Shown here: positions 52,801 to 64,000 of the stretch, piece after piece
Layout: each line of letters starts with the position of its first letter
Position numbering within the stretch: the first letter of the stretch is position 1
Source: Acanthaster planci
Taxonomy: Eukaryota
Direction of reading: 5' to 3'
NCBI RefSeq assembly: GCF_001949145.1
Contig: NW_019091357.1
Coordinates: 3,992,228-4,056,227, forward strand
DNA: 64,000 nucleotides
Position numbers and translations under genes: made by a program
The notes under the pieces: model-generated
Told to the model about the DNA's origin: nothing
Databases searched by the model: none
The model's input: only the letters and a program-made list of their open reading frames with translations

Positions 52801-54523
52801 AACACAGTGGTTGTAGCAGTCTATTACTAAAGTTCTAGAAGCAGAGATGCAGAAATGCATATTCATTCAGCAATATTAAAAGCAAATTACTAACATAAGA
52901 CGGATCTTCCGACCCATCTACGTCAGCGATACAGGGAAATGTTTAATCGGCACTTTCGCTGTGACAGTAGACGATATTCTTCGGTTGACCACATTGATGA
53001 GAAATTGAGGCTTGCTTTGATTTTGTTTAAAATGACGACCACCCCTGCAAGAAAAAAAAATAATTTCCGGACGAATTATTACTTGTGAACTCTGATGAAC
53101 AACTTCATATTTTTTATTTAAAAGTACCTTAGTCTTTTTGCCTGCTTTAGAAAAAACTCGTAGGAACATGGGACCAACAGCAGTCCTCAAAAAATCTGTT
53201 AAATGGTTAATATTCTATCAAAAAAGATTCAAGGAAAAAATGGCTTCTTTAGGAAAACGGTCCCTCCCCCAAATGGTGGGTATTTCTGGTAAACGAGAAT
53301 TGCAAGGTTCTTTGATCTGGTTTAATCCTCACATCTCCTCCGTTGATGTCAACAAAACCCTGGGTTTTTTGTGTGTTTATTTTTTTCTGAAATAACATAC
53401 AGAGAAATACGAAATGAATAAATCATATCCTTGTACCACTTTCTTAATCAAACCTGATATAAAATCCACGGAGACTTACGTTAACAACTGAGCCAAGTCA
53501 GGTAGTGACGTCAGAGTGAATTAAGCCCCTTTTTGTACGTAACTTTAAATCTATGTCAAAAAAATCAAGGACCACTGTCAATACGGGTTTTACAAAATTG
53601 GTTTTTTGCTGTAATGGCTTCCCTTTTGTGCTCTTTTGTCTGTTGGATTTTTTACCGCTTAAAATAAGCTATCGATTTAATACATGTAGGCTATACCGTG
53701 TAATTGGACGTACAATCCGTCAAACATGAACATACGGTATGCTATTCAACACTGCTTTTTACGGTGGTGGGTTTGTGTTCTTTAAGTTTTTGCCGGCTTA
53801 ACAACAGTGGAACGATGAATGTGAAAGGTGAATGTTTTGTGGTTACATGCCTACAAGAAAATAACCAGCAAATTGCATGTAGATGAACAGAGGAAACCAG
53901 CCCACACCCACCATCAAAAACCTCTCGGAAATCTAAATTTATCACGGCAGACCTGCTTTCAGCGGCTATTGGCCCGGATGAAATGAGCAGCAGCAGTCTG
54001 TTTCGGTTCTACTTAGATTAGAAAAAAAAATTGATATCCAGCTGGATACGCACTGAGAACATCCATAAATCTTTTTCGGTTAATAGTTTCACAGCAGCAA
54101 TATTTAAAGGAGAATTCTGCCATGTTTTACCGTGCCGGTCACTGTTTCCATTATTGGTGCGGTGTTAAAACTCTGGCAACAAAATTTACCTTTGACAAAT
54201 TACCATTCGTGTTTGTACTTGCCTTCTTAAAAACGAACTGATTTTTTTAAAGCATTCCTCCGATCACACTGTGACTGAGAGCAGCAATAGCGACAATTTC
54301 CAAAAGGTGGAACGATGTAACGGGACAGAGGAAGGCTTCCGTTGTTTGTTGGAAAGGAAAAAAACTCAAAACTGAATTATTTTTCATTCAGTTACGCAGG
54401 CGCCGTGTTACCTGTTTCCTTCCGAGTTTTGCCTGTTTTATCAGATACAACGCAATACTCGTTTGATTGGAAATATGGAAATATGTAACTCCTACTTCAG
54501 AAAAATTAATTTTGTTAATAGAG

Positions 54524-55070
54524 TCACTGGCAAAAGTTCAAGACCACCTGGAATTGTATGGGTGTTTTTGTCAATAGGCCTGCGTTCCCCTGTCTCATCG
54601 GACGATTACATAACATTTACTACAGTGTGCTATTAGCCATTTGAATGAAAGTTTTTGTTAAGACAGGTCTTTTATGGCATTTTGTCTTTACTGCAGAGTG
54701 GGTAAAAAAAGCCAGTGTAAGTCAGGTTTAAAGGGCCTAAATACTTACCCTCCATCAAGAGGGCTACTCTGAATGTCAAATTAGCGAGAGGGCAGGTTTC
54801 AGCATGACTGCTGTGCACAATCCCATTTCAAATAGGTGGCTTATTTTCTGACCGGAAAAGGCACGGTCGTCCAAGATAAACAACCCTTCGTGAAGACCAT
54901 GTGATCCGGCGAATTGTTGTGAAGGATCCCTCAAGTTCTTGTCTAAAGATCAAAGCAGCTTTGCAGTCCAATGGGACAAATGTTATTGTAAGCACCATTT
55001 CTCGCCGTTTGAGCAAAGAATTTCGGCTCAAGTCACACAAACCTGCCCGTAAACCCCTTCTCACCAATTC
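54524..55070 (+). mobile_element. Tc1/mariner transposon 5' remnant with degraded transposase DNA-binding region
   Basis: TIR-like cactggcaaaagttcaagaccacc; frameshifted GKKAS..ILTLHQEGYSECQISERAGFSMTAVHN..RHGRPKITTLREDHVIRRIVVKDP..STISRRLSKEFRLKSHKPARKPLLT (Tc1 paired-like HTH, GRP and RKPLLT motifs); DDE domain absent. Confidence 0.82.
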
Positions 55071-58000
55071 ACTGAGGGTGAATTTTTCCTCAAGAACACT
55101 GGAACGTGCAAATGCTACAATGAATTATTCAGTGGTCATTCCAAAGGATCAGTGCTCGAATTCTTTCAACATTTTTTCTTCGATCAGGTCTGATTTCAAA
55201 GGAATGCGTCATCCACATAATGTAAGAACTGAATTGTTTGATTTTGAGAATCATTATTTCAATGAGACTTGTGGGATGGCGCAGAGCCATGCACAAACAT
55301 ATATGACAGACGGTGTATTGCAGAATGCAAAACTGAAGGTTGAAGAACCAATCCAAAGAGCAAGAAGAACTGAGTCGCTGTGTCGGAAAGTTGTGAAATA
55401 TTAATGCGTTTTGCTTTTCAGACGTTTAGTCCGTTTTATTTCTTGCACGAAATGCTTTAAAAGTAGGTCTGTGCAGTTTCATTTACCTATCTATACATTA
55501 TAGATTTATTTCTTCCGTTGTTGACGCATGAAATTGTCAAAGAACTAGATGGATATACAAAAAGGTATTGGAAAGGATATATTAAAGGGTAGCTGCAATC
55601 AATTTGGCCAAAACAAACTTTCAAAATGCTCCTTCGTGTCTTTTAAACTTTTGGTTACGCCACTTCAAAGGTTATGTTACTGCCCATTTGGTTTTATGCT
55701 AATGCTATTTCTATATTCAAAAGCAAAACTATGATGTCTTCCCGAGAAGAAAGCCTAAATGTTACATTGTGGTAGATTTTGCTGGACTACATTTTCTCTC
55801 CTTGCGGATTCATCGTTATTTATGTTTATCGCAATAAGGGGGCACCAATTTCTTCCCAGAAATTCTGGGTTCAAAATTTTAACCAAAAATGTCTTCCTTG
55901 GATGACGTCACAGTAACGGTGGCTCCGTCAGTTGGATAATTTTAAGTGTTTTTCATTTAATCAAGTAGGAATATAAAAGTTTCCATACATTGAATAAGGG
56001 TACAGTGTTGCAGAAACATTGGATGGGAAAAAATCGTTACGGCTACGGCCATAATTTGCGTTAAAGATACATGTATTACCAGAATAAATTAAATAGGTTG
56101 AAGTTGAAATAAGAAAAATGAAAACGCAAAAGATACCACAGCGTACAGTTATAAATTACGACCAAATGGAATTTATATGACATTGATCGCAAAATGACGA
56201 AATTGCTTCATCTGTCGTATGTTCGGCAATTATGTACAAAACTTGACTTGAATTGTTTGAACTTGAATGGAATAAGAAAAATTAATTTGTCGGAAAACCT
56301 GAAACATATTTCTGTTTTTGTAATTTCCAACAGGTTTCTGAAACCATGCACGGTCGGCTACATTTGTGTTAGATTGCAAATTAACATAATTCAGACACCC
56401 ATAATTGATGATCCGTTGAAGCATTTGAAGCATAACTTCACAGTGAGCCACCATTGTTTAATCCTAACCATAGCCGCTGTTTAGGAAACGGTGGCAGGTA
56501 GTGGCATTAAACCTCCTCCCATTAGTGGAGGCCCCCCAGTCGATTACTTTCATCAGGGGATATTTGTTCACAAATTGCAACTGATACGCACCGCAAAATT
56601 TCACCTTTTTCCAAGCAGCGTGCTCGGTTAAAAGATAAAACCTGGTAGGAATAAAGATAATAAACTATGCACGATCTGCCTCTAGCCTCTACTTATAGGG
56701 CCCTGGTATCCGCTTTTACTTTTTGTTTTATCACGATTTTATTAATATTAAAACGCCTTCAAAATTACGACATGAAAATGAAGATGCTGGGCCTTATCCA
56801 ACTTACTTGGCTGCCGCTAAATTTTAACGCATGTTGCTATGGAAAATGCGTAAAACGGCTTCTATGGGCAAGCGAGAAAGGTCATCTTATATGCACACTT
56901 GCATTTGAAATTTTATTTGACTACATGTATTTGTTCAGTCCTTTTTTGTAATTGCCAAACCAGAACAGCCAGTTCAGTTCATTTTCTAAACATCCAAACC
57001 TTACTCGTGATGGTTTGCTGTTGGAAAAGTCGTATTTCTTCCCACTAAAAAATGTTAGGGATAGAAGAATGATCAAATGGCCCACCAAAAAAAAGTGGAG
57101 ATAGATACCCTACCCCAGGATTTATTCCCATGGTGTCTGAACCAGCCAGGGTTAATTGCTCTGTGATTTCGCGGACTAGCGAACTGGGCACAAGCTTTTG
57201 TTTAGTTACATAAGAGACACCTTGCAACAATACACTCTTTTCAATGGATAAGAAGGGCACAAAGGAACCAGTCTATTCCAGAAATGGTGGTCGCTATGCA
57301 AAAGCTTGCGCCGAATCACGAGGAATCCAACAGTGTCTTTAGTTTGAGGAATTCAAATTGTTACCTTTATGTGCAATCAGATACCACGGTGTATCAGAGG
57401 TTATTCAAATATAACTCGCAAATGGCTTATTGCTCGAGACTAGTTCATGGTGTTTGCTGTTTTTTCAGGACGTGAGGAAAATACTTTCTGCAGCTCTTAA
57501 AGGAGGCTGAGGCAACAGTTTTTAATTGCAATGCCCAATTAAGCTACTGTAAAGTTTGTCTCTTGTAATGAACGAGGAAACGGGAATGGCAGGACACCAA
57601 GGCGGGGTTTGGTGCCAGCTGGTCTTACTCGGTGGTGAGCACGTACAACCGTCTGGACATCGATATGGTGGGAAGAATTAAATTACAAGACCACTGATTT
57701 CAAACTTTGATCAAATTGTTTGAGTTATTAATAATCTTAATTGTTTCCAAAGTAATGTGATCAAAAGACAATCTCATTAATGTAAAAATAAAAATTCTTT
57801 GGCGAACTAGAAGCACTCCTGCAGTTTACGCATATTTCTTGCTGCGTGTACACTAGCGCATTTGACAATGGAAACAGTTCAAGATGCATACAATGGCCTT
57901 GCATAGTGAAAGGACCCACGATGACAATAATAGGCAAGGATTCCATTCGCCCCCTCCCCCCACGTGGGCTTTGTCGGGACAAAAATCCAATCAATCTCGA

Positions 58001-59033
58001 TGATATTCCAAGGTTTAAATCGCCTTTGAAACTACTTGCCCTTTTATTTCAAGCGCTTGTCCCACTTCTTCCTGAAGGACAGTTGCATTGCGAAACAATA
58101 GTTCTGCACTCTGCTTTGTTTTAGTGCACCAGATCAATATAACTAAACCAGCCTGTCTGTAGAAGCATAGGATCCCGAGAAGGCTAGACTTCTGTGGCAT
58201 CTTTCAGTCAGTTATCTGATCGGCTTATCATCTGCTGTACGTTCTTGTCTTTATTTAGTGCCGGTGCTTAGTGACCGTAAATCTATTCACAAATTTCTGG
58301 GAAGGAAGCAGATTATCTCTAGGTACTTTAAAAAGCTCAGGTGTCATCTTTTGTTCTATCATTTTTCATGAGCGTAACTGAACCAGGAAGGTAGTGAGAT
58401 GAACAAAAAGGAGGAAAATCACATTTTCTTTCCTTTCACAAGGCTCCACAAAGAATGGGCAAAGACAGGATAAACTTTGTACCAGTATGCATGTATTCCT
58501 GAAAATGAAGGAAAAAATAATGCCCCGAGAATATGGTGCCATTATCAATGAACACAAATTTCATGTGCAACAAAGTTAATGTGGGCCGTGCCGGCGTTTC
58601 TAAAATGTAACGCAAATCGAGGCGTTTGCTGCGACTTTTTAAAGTGATGAGTGCATACAAAATAAAAAATATAAATACCCATCTTTTAATGTTGCGCAAT
58701 AATATCTTTTTCTGAATTATATAGGTCAGAGACATTTGACTGAGTTAAGTGCAAATCACCTATACTTAAAAATGGGGAAAGCGTTGTAACTGGAGAAAAC
58801 AAATCATCGTATTGGCAAAAAACCACGCCTGAACACCTCTTTAATGCGGAATACGTTTAATCGTAAATACAACTCACGCATTATTCCTTACGTTTTTTGC
58901 ACCGTTGGCACGTTCTGGATAGCCGCGTGATGGTCAAATTTAAAAACTATCGCGTTGGTGGTTACGTTTCGTGTACCGTGTTAGTAAGAAATAAGTGACT
59001 CGTTTTCCGTTGATTTAATCAGGCGCACTTGTG

Positions 59034-59191
59034 AATAGGGTATCGAAGTGAATACGTCACGTGCACAATTACTGTGTAAAAGACATGAGCCCGAGAACCA
59101 AGAAGCGCGCGTACTCCATTCGTTTGCAGTGTACTTTCTGGTTCACAGTGACATCACATTTCACAGTGACATCACACTTCGGTACTCTATT
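59034..59191. mobile_element. MITE family A, copy 2 (inverted)
   Basis: aatagggtatcgaagtg ... cacttcggtactctatt; shares gcgcgcgtactccattcgtttgca with the 9567 copy; small internal duplication of tcacagtgacatcaca. Confidence 0.75.
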
Positions 59192-59525
59192 GCATAAAGC
59201 GTTTTCTACTTACCTGTCGTTCTTGGTGTCAGGCGTTTGTGCATGACCGATAGTACGTAAAATCAAAGGTATAGCACACTTGCAATAATTCCAGCTTCCA
59301 GTATCTTCCGAAAACACTTTTTTTCGTCGATTGAGATCTCCAAACATTCGTCGTGACCCATTTAGCAACTGTTGACGCAAACGCTGGAAATACTGACTGT
59401 ATATAGCTGACCGAGGGTACGAACTGACTCAATAACCTGGCGATAACTTGTAGTTTCAAGTAGGCCTAGTTACCAATTTACGACATTAAATTTGTGGTCA
59501 GTACGAATTGGTGTCGAAATGGAAT

Positions 59526-60137
59526 ATGTGACCCGTCACGACAAACTGAGCGTAAAGCTCCATCACACTCTTTCTTATTTTGAGGTTTCAAAGTCATGTT
59601 TAAGTGGATGTCAATTTGGGGATTTAATAATAATTGGAAAGAGTAACCAGTCTCCTATTTAATTCCAAATCTTTCACAGGATCGGAAATTTCATTTTTCT
59701 CAGCAACTTTAATAACAGTAATTATTCGTGGCTGGTCAGAAATGTTGAAACAATGTTGGGAAAAAAACGCAAAGCTGCCAGAATAATGCCACATTGTCGC
59801 CTTATACTTTTACCCTTTCCATATGCACGTCAGCACTTGCGCCAGGCGTTGTGTATCCGCCGAACGCAGTGCACACGTGTGCTATGTGGAGTAGATTTTT
59901 GTGTCCGTGAAAGAAACGCATGAACGCAACGCAACCCCAAAACGTTCATGTGGAAAGGCACCTTAAAACGCATGAAAGCATTGCGTACGAAACGCACCCA
60001 TGCAAAGGTGTGCCTGAAGTGTTCCATGTACGTACCATTTGAAAGCACTCTTTCTACTGAATTCGAAAATACCAATAGGCCTAACTCAATTTGTGAAAAT
60101 TCCGGCTTTCAGCTCATTTTGTGATGACAGGTCACAT
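59526..60137. mobile_element. Non-autonomous DNA transposon (~610 bp)
   Basis: Imperfect 26-bp TIR atgtgacccgtcacgacaaactgagc / gctcattttgtgatgacaggtcacat. Confidence 0.65.
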
Positions 60138-60249
60138 GTAATTCCCATCAAATATTGCAGTTTGATATTGTGTTTTCTCTGACAGATGCAATTCCATGGT
60201 GGGAGATTATAAAAGGGTAAACAGCGAGCGTTGAAATTCCAACTTAAGC

Positions 60250-60489
60250 ATGGAGAACGGCGACCGCACGCCTGTACCGCGGGTCCGCAGTATCTCCGCG
60301 CTGCTGAGGTTCGGTCGGAACATGGGTTTGACTTACGTGGCCACCAGCAACGGGAGTGCCGGAGATGGAACCAAGATGAATCCTCTAGGGCGGGGCCAGG
60401 GGAGAGACAAGGGCGACCGGACGCCCGTTGCTGACGAGGTAACCACCGGGGTGTGTTCCATCGCCGACAGTCCGTATCGCATTTTGAGG
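60250..60489 (+). CDS. Probable first coding exon of an unidentified gene continuing beyond the window
   Basis: GC-rich island in AT-rich DNA; acceptor ctctgacag at 60185, ATG in gcATGg context, 80 open codons (MENGDRTPV..PYRILR) ending at donor agg|gtgagt; no recognisable domain. Confidence 0.55.
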
Positions 60490-60723
60490 GTGAGTTAACC
60501 GTCCTGGTTTTTATAATCAAAATTAATATATTCTCTATTCCCAGGTTGCATATTTTCATTGAACGGTCATTTCCATATGTTAATGCTGAATGTTAAAAAT
60601 CGAAACATTCGTTTGATGTCTTGTGTTCAGTCGATCATTTTCATATTAATACTTTGCAGCATGCATGACAGTAGGCACTGAAATAAGATTAAACTTTTTA
60701 ACGTAGTTTGCTACATTCTCTCC

Positions 60724-60940
60724 CCCGATCCGACTACCCGCCGCCACTAATAAGTGAGGCCTTTGAAGCAAAATAGCCTGCAAGAACTGCAAAAAAATTT
60801 GCAAGCAGAAGGCTCGAACAACCCTCACAAGTCTGCCTACTGTATTGCATCGTATGATAATATATTAGCATCACAGTTAGAGCATGGCTATTTTGCTGCA
60901 CAGGCCTCACTTATAAGTAGCGGTGGGTAGTGAAATCGGG
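60724..60940. repeat. ~55-bp imperfect inverted repeat (MITE/foldback)
   Basis: ccgatccgactacccgccgccactaataagtgaggcc..aaaatagcc versus ggctatttt..ggcctcacttataagtagcggtgggtagtgaaatcgg. Confidence 0.7.
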
Positions 60941-61350
60941 TGGTTTTCTTTGATTGAAACATGAGCAAATTTCTTTGAATGATATATTTTTCTTTCGGTG
61001 AGAACGTGGGACAAATTCATTTAACTCTGAAACTGCATAATTAGGGGCCTAATTAAACTTCTATGGCCTTTTGAAATAAGTATCAGTTTCATCAAAGTTA
61101 CAAGAAAGAAATTTCAAAGAAATAAAAACCAAAATAGTTGTGTGATAATTTAGGATTCAACTTCAGTGACAGCATACACTTGCAAGGTAAACTGTTTAAA
61201 CTTATGAAAGTTTAGTGTGAGTAGAAAAATCTATAGACTTATAATCCGATACCCAAACCAAGAATTTCTGACGATGACTTTGGGAGAAAATAATTGTGAC
61301 TTCTGCCGTCAACAAACCACATCCGAACCCGTGCATGCAGTGTATAGTAA

Positions 61351-61725
61351 CATGCAATTTGGATCGATGTTCGAGAAGAAAAGGACGAATCCCATGAAAG
61401 AAATCATATTTCCGACACTGCTAATAACTGGGATGGTGTTCACAGGGCACGATATATTCAGAAGCTGGAGATACTGGGCTCTACGGATCCATATTTGTTA
61501 CCGAAATTCATGTTTTGTGAGGTCATGCGTGCAAGTCACGTTCCCGATTTACGGTATCCTGATATCTTCAACTACCTCATCAATTCGACATCGGCGTACA
61601 CACAACAATCGCTGAAAAACTACAAGAGTTTGGAAGCTTACAAACACGTTTTGGCCGGATTTGTGAAGGAACTGGTGGTTTTCATAAATGTCAATAACAC
61701 TTATGTTGTTATGAGCATGGTAAAT
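61351..61725 (+). pseudogene. 5' fragment of a transposon accessory ORF (SWIM/YqaJ-type protein of ISL2EU-like elements)
   Basis: RARYIQKLEILGSTDPYLLP..VPDLRYPDIFNYLINSTSAYTQQSLKNYKSLEAYKHVLAGFV matches the recalled motif RY..KL..DPY..PD..Y.DI.NYL..YKSLEAY..F..GWV of these elements. Confidence 0.65.
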
Positions 61726-61728
61726 TGT

Positions 61729-61896
61729 GTGAACACGGCAGAGTCGCGTGTGCAAGTTTAGAGTCCAGTTTTCGCGTCAAACTGCAGAGATCCAATTCGC
61801 TCTTCGTTAAGGATCGGCAAGAATCCGATAGAAATGCAGCTTTTTTGAAGTATCTTCACGATTATGGCACCCTACGGCACAGCAAACCTTTACCAT
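61729..61896 (-). pseudogene. THAP zinc-finger domain remnant (transposase N-terminus)
   Basis: MVKVCCAVGCHNREDTSKKLHFYRILADP*RRANWISAV*RENWTLNLHTRLCRVH: C-x4-C..W..C-x2-H THAP signature with two stops. Confidence 0.8.
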
Positions 61897-63190
61897 TTTA
61901 CAGCGACAGCCAACAAACCGTGCTCGTATTTTATTTGACGGCCAATAGAGCCTGAAAGTTGGCCCCTGGTGGAGCGCTTCCGGAACCCTTGGATAGGAAA
62001 ATAACGTGCAAAGGTTTTAGAGTTTGTTTGTTTGTTTGTTTGTTTTTCGTTCAGTTACTTCTTTGAAAATCCAACTCGGAAAAGGGGCTTTGGAAAATAT
62101 TTGCAAGTATATCAATTTATAAAAGCTGAAAAATCACCCGACCTAAAGGAGGAATATCCTGCCAAAAATTGACCCGTCACTTCCAAAAATCTAAAATGCA
62201 CGAAGACCAGTCCAATGAGGCAGTCTCGTACTCTATTTATATTTCAAATTTTCATCTTTATCATGCGGGATTTAGATTTCTACAGATATCTGTTGAAACA
62301 TACAGTACTGACTGTATGTGACTTTATATCTGATTTATCTGATGCAATTGTATAAAGGGCGTATGGAAATTAGCCAATGCTCACGTTGATTAATGTAAAC
62401 TATGCGAAGCAAATGGGTTGTCAGTGTGAAGAGCAGACGGAAGATCCCTCACTGAAAATAAGTTGAAGTATTAAGTGTACCTGGTTTTCTCAGAGATAGA
62501 ACCACCGGTTCCGAGGCCCGTTGCTTCCGCCGTCAACAAACCACATCCGAACCCGTCAATTACCGTTGCAGCTAAACCTTGAACATAAAAAGGCTTCCCC
62601 TCACGAAACCAGAGGAGATGGTCTGCAACAGTAATCAAATCATGTTTGGTTTACTCATGTTGGATGGCGCGGAGTCGTTCAAACACCTTTGACGAATGTT
62701 AAAATAACTGATCAAAATAATTATGCCAACACTTCCTCTCCTCTCTTACATCCAGGGGTCTTTATATTCGTTAATTTTAATTCGTCGCACTATATTTCTT
62801 GATATTCTACCTGCATACTGTCAGGGGAATAAACTTTAGTAGAACTTTGTTGTTAACTTGTCTTCGATCTGTCACAAGTTTCATCCTCTTTCGAGGAATT
62901 TCCACTGTTTTTTTTCCGTGCTTTCTTTTATTTCTTTTAAAATTTAAATATTAATCCCAGCTTCTTGCACTACAATATTAGTTTCGCATACCTTCTTTTT
63001 AAAAACTTTTTCAAGCTGCTGTACAAAAATATTAGACAGTGCCGTGATATTATAATTCATAAGTGTCTATGTTTGTGACATTAGGGCAATGAAATCCCAC
63101 TCCAGGGTTCCCGCTGAGATTTGACTTCACCTGAATATCAAGCTAGTCAAAATGTGAGATTTGAGTGCATTTTCCAGTACACCTAACTGC

Positions 63191-63396
63191 CAGTGGCGTA
63201 TCCAGCGGGGGGGGGCAGGGGACAAGTTATCCCCTACCCCCGAGAAATGTTGTCTTTATTGATAGGGCCAAAATTCTAGCAAAGGGTATATATGTACCAC
63301 CTTTCTTTGGGGGTAGGGAAGGCAGGAAGAATTCCTTCACGGATAAAAATAATGGGCAGTCGTTAGCTCCCCCCCCCCGCCTTCGATATACCATTG
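63191..63396. mobile_element. hAT-like MITE (CAGTGGCGTA TIR), degenerate
   Basis: cagtggcgtatccagcggggg ... cccccgccttcgatataccattg; no clean TSD. Confidence 0.55.
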
Positions 63397-64000
63397 CTCA
63401 TCACACATCAGTCCGTGAAGTTGGGAGTAGAAACATTATGACGCGCAAACCTGCCTTGAAAAGCTTTCAAGTCCCATGGATCGATAATAGGCCATTTCAT
63501 GTATGCCATACCAGATCCTAAGCCCAGAGGTTTTATTCTGTTAATGGAAACCCTTAATGAGATTGAATCTCTAGATCAGTCGTTTGGCTAGCCTGTACCA
63601 CTTTTATTTATAACAATATTTTGAAATCGAGGGTAGTTTCAACGAGGACAAAGCTACCATTGTGTTTCCCAGTGGTGGGCTGTGCATCGTGGGGTGCCTG
63701 GATTAGCTTTGCCGAGAATGTGTTAGACATTTACACAAAAAATTCCTACATCAGTAAAGCTTTCAGATCAATTTACTTCACAAAAGAGACTAATCTTCCC
63801 TTGATTGCCATTCGCCAAAGTCTCTATTTTAATGGTACCGTATATAGCGTATGACGTTGTCTAAAAATTCCGAATATTGGGGAGACAAAAAGAGAACTTT
63901 TTTCTTTTAATCAAGCTGGCAGAGTAGTGATTGAAGCCTCATCAATTAGGCCCTACTCTCTCTGTTCTTACCCTGATGGCTTAATTTTCCTTATTGTGTG

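Noticed and set aside
50890..53100. ggtcggtcgg / ccgacc motifs and repeated aaaatcc(c)atgc segments
   Set aside because: Probably fragments of common DNA-transposon repeats; boundaries could not be defined by eye

Overview
Eukaryotic, intron-rich genomic DNA, most likely an echinoderm (inferred from the two proteins). I assembled two spliced + strand genes by hand, with consistent GT-AG sites and phases. (1) 12613-24442: 17 exons encoding a type I membrane scavenger receptor with 9 SRCR domains, 1 CCP/sushi domain, a TM helix and a short tail, resembling SRCR12/ApSRCR1. Its signal-peptide exon was not located. (2) 30879-45575: an 11-coding-exon Src-family tyrosine kinase of 564 aa. A probable first coding exon of a third gene lies at 60250-60489. 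The remainder holds several MITE families, a SINE, a Tc1 transposase remnant and an internally deleted two-gene THAP/ISL2EU-like element. The most unusual region is an intronless, frameshifted, protein-like island on the minus strand at about 5.2-8.2 kb. It may be a decayed endogenous viral element with weak hints of a negative-strand RNA virus nucleoprotein, but this is unproven inference. No CRISPR, rRNA or convincing tRNA genes were seen.
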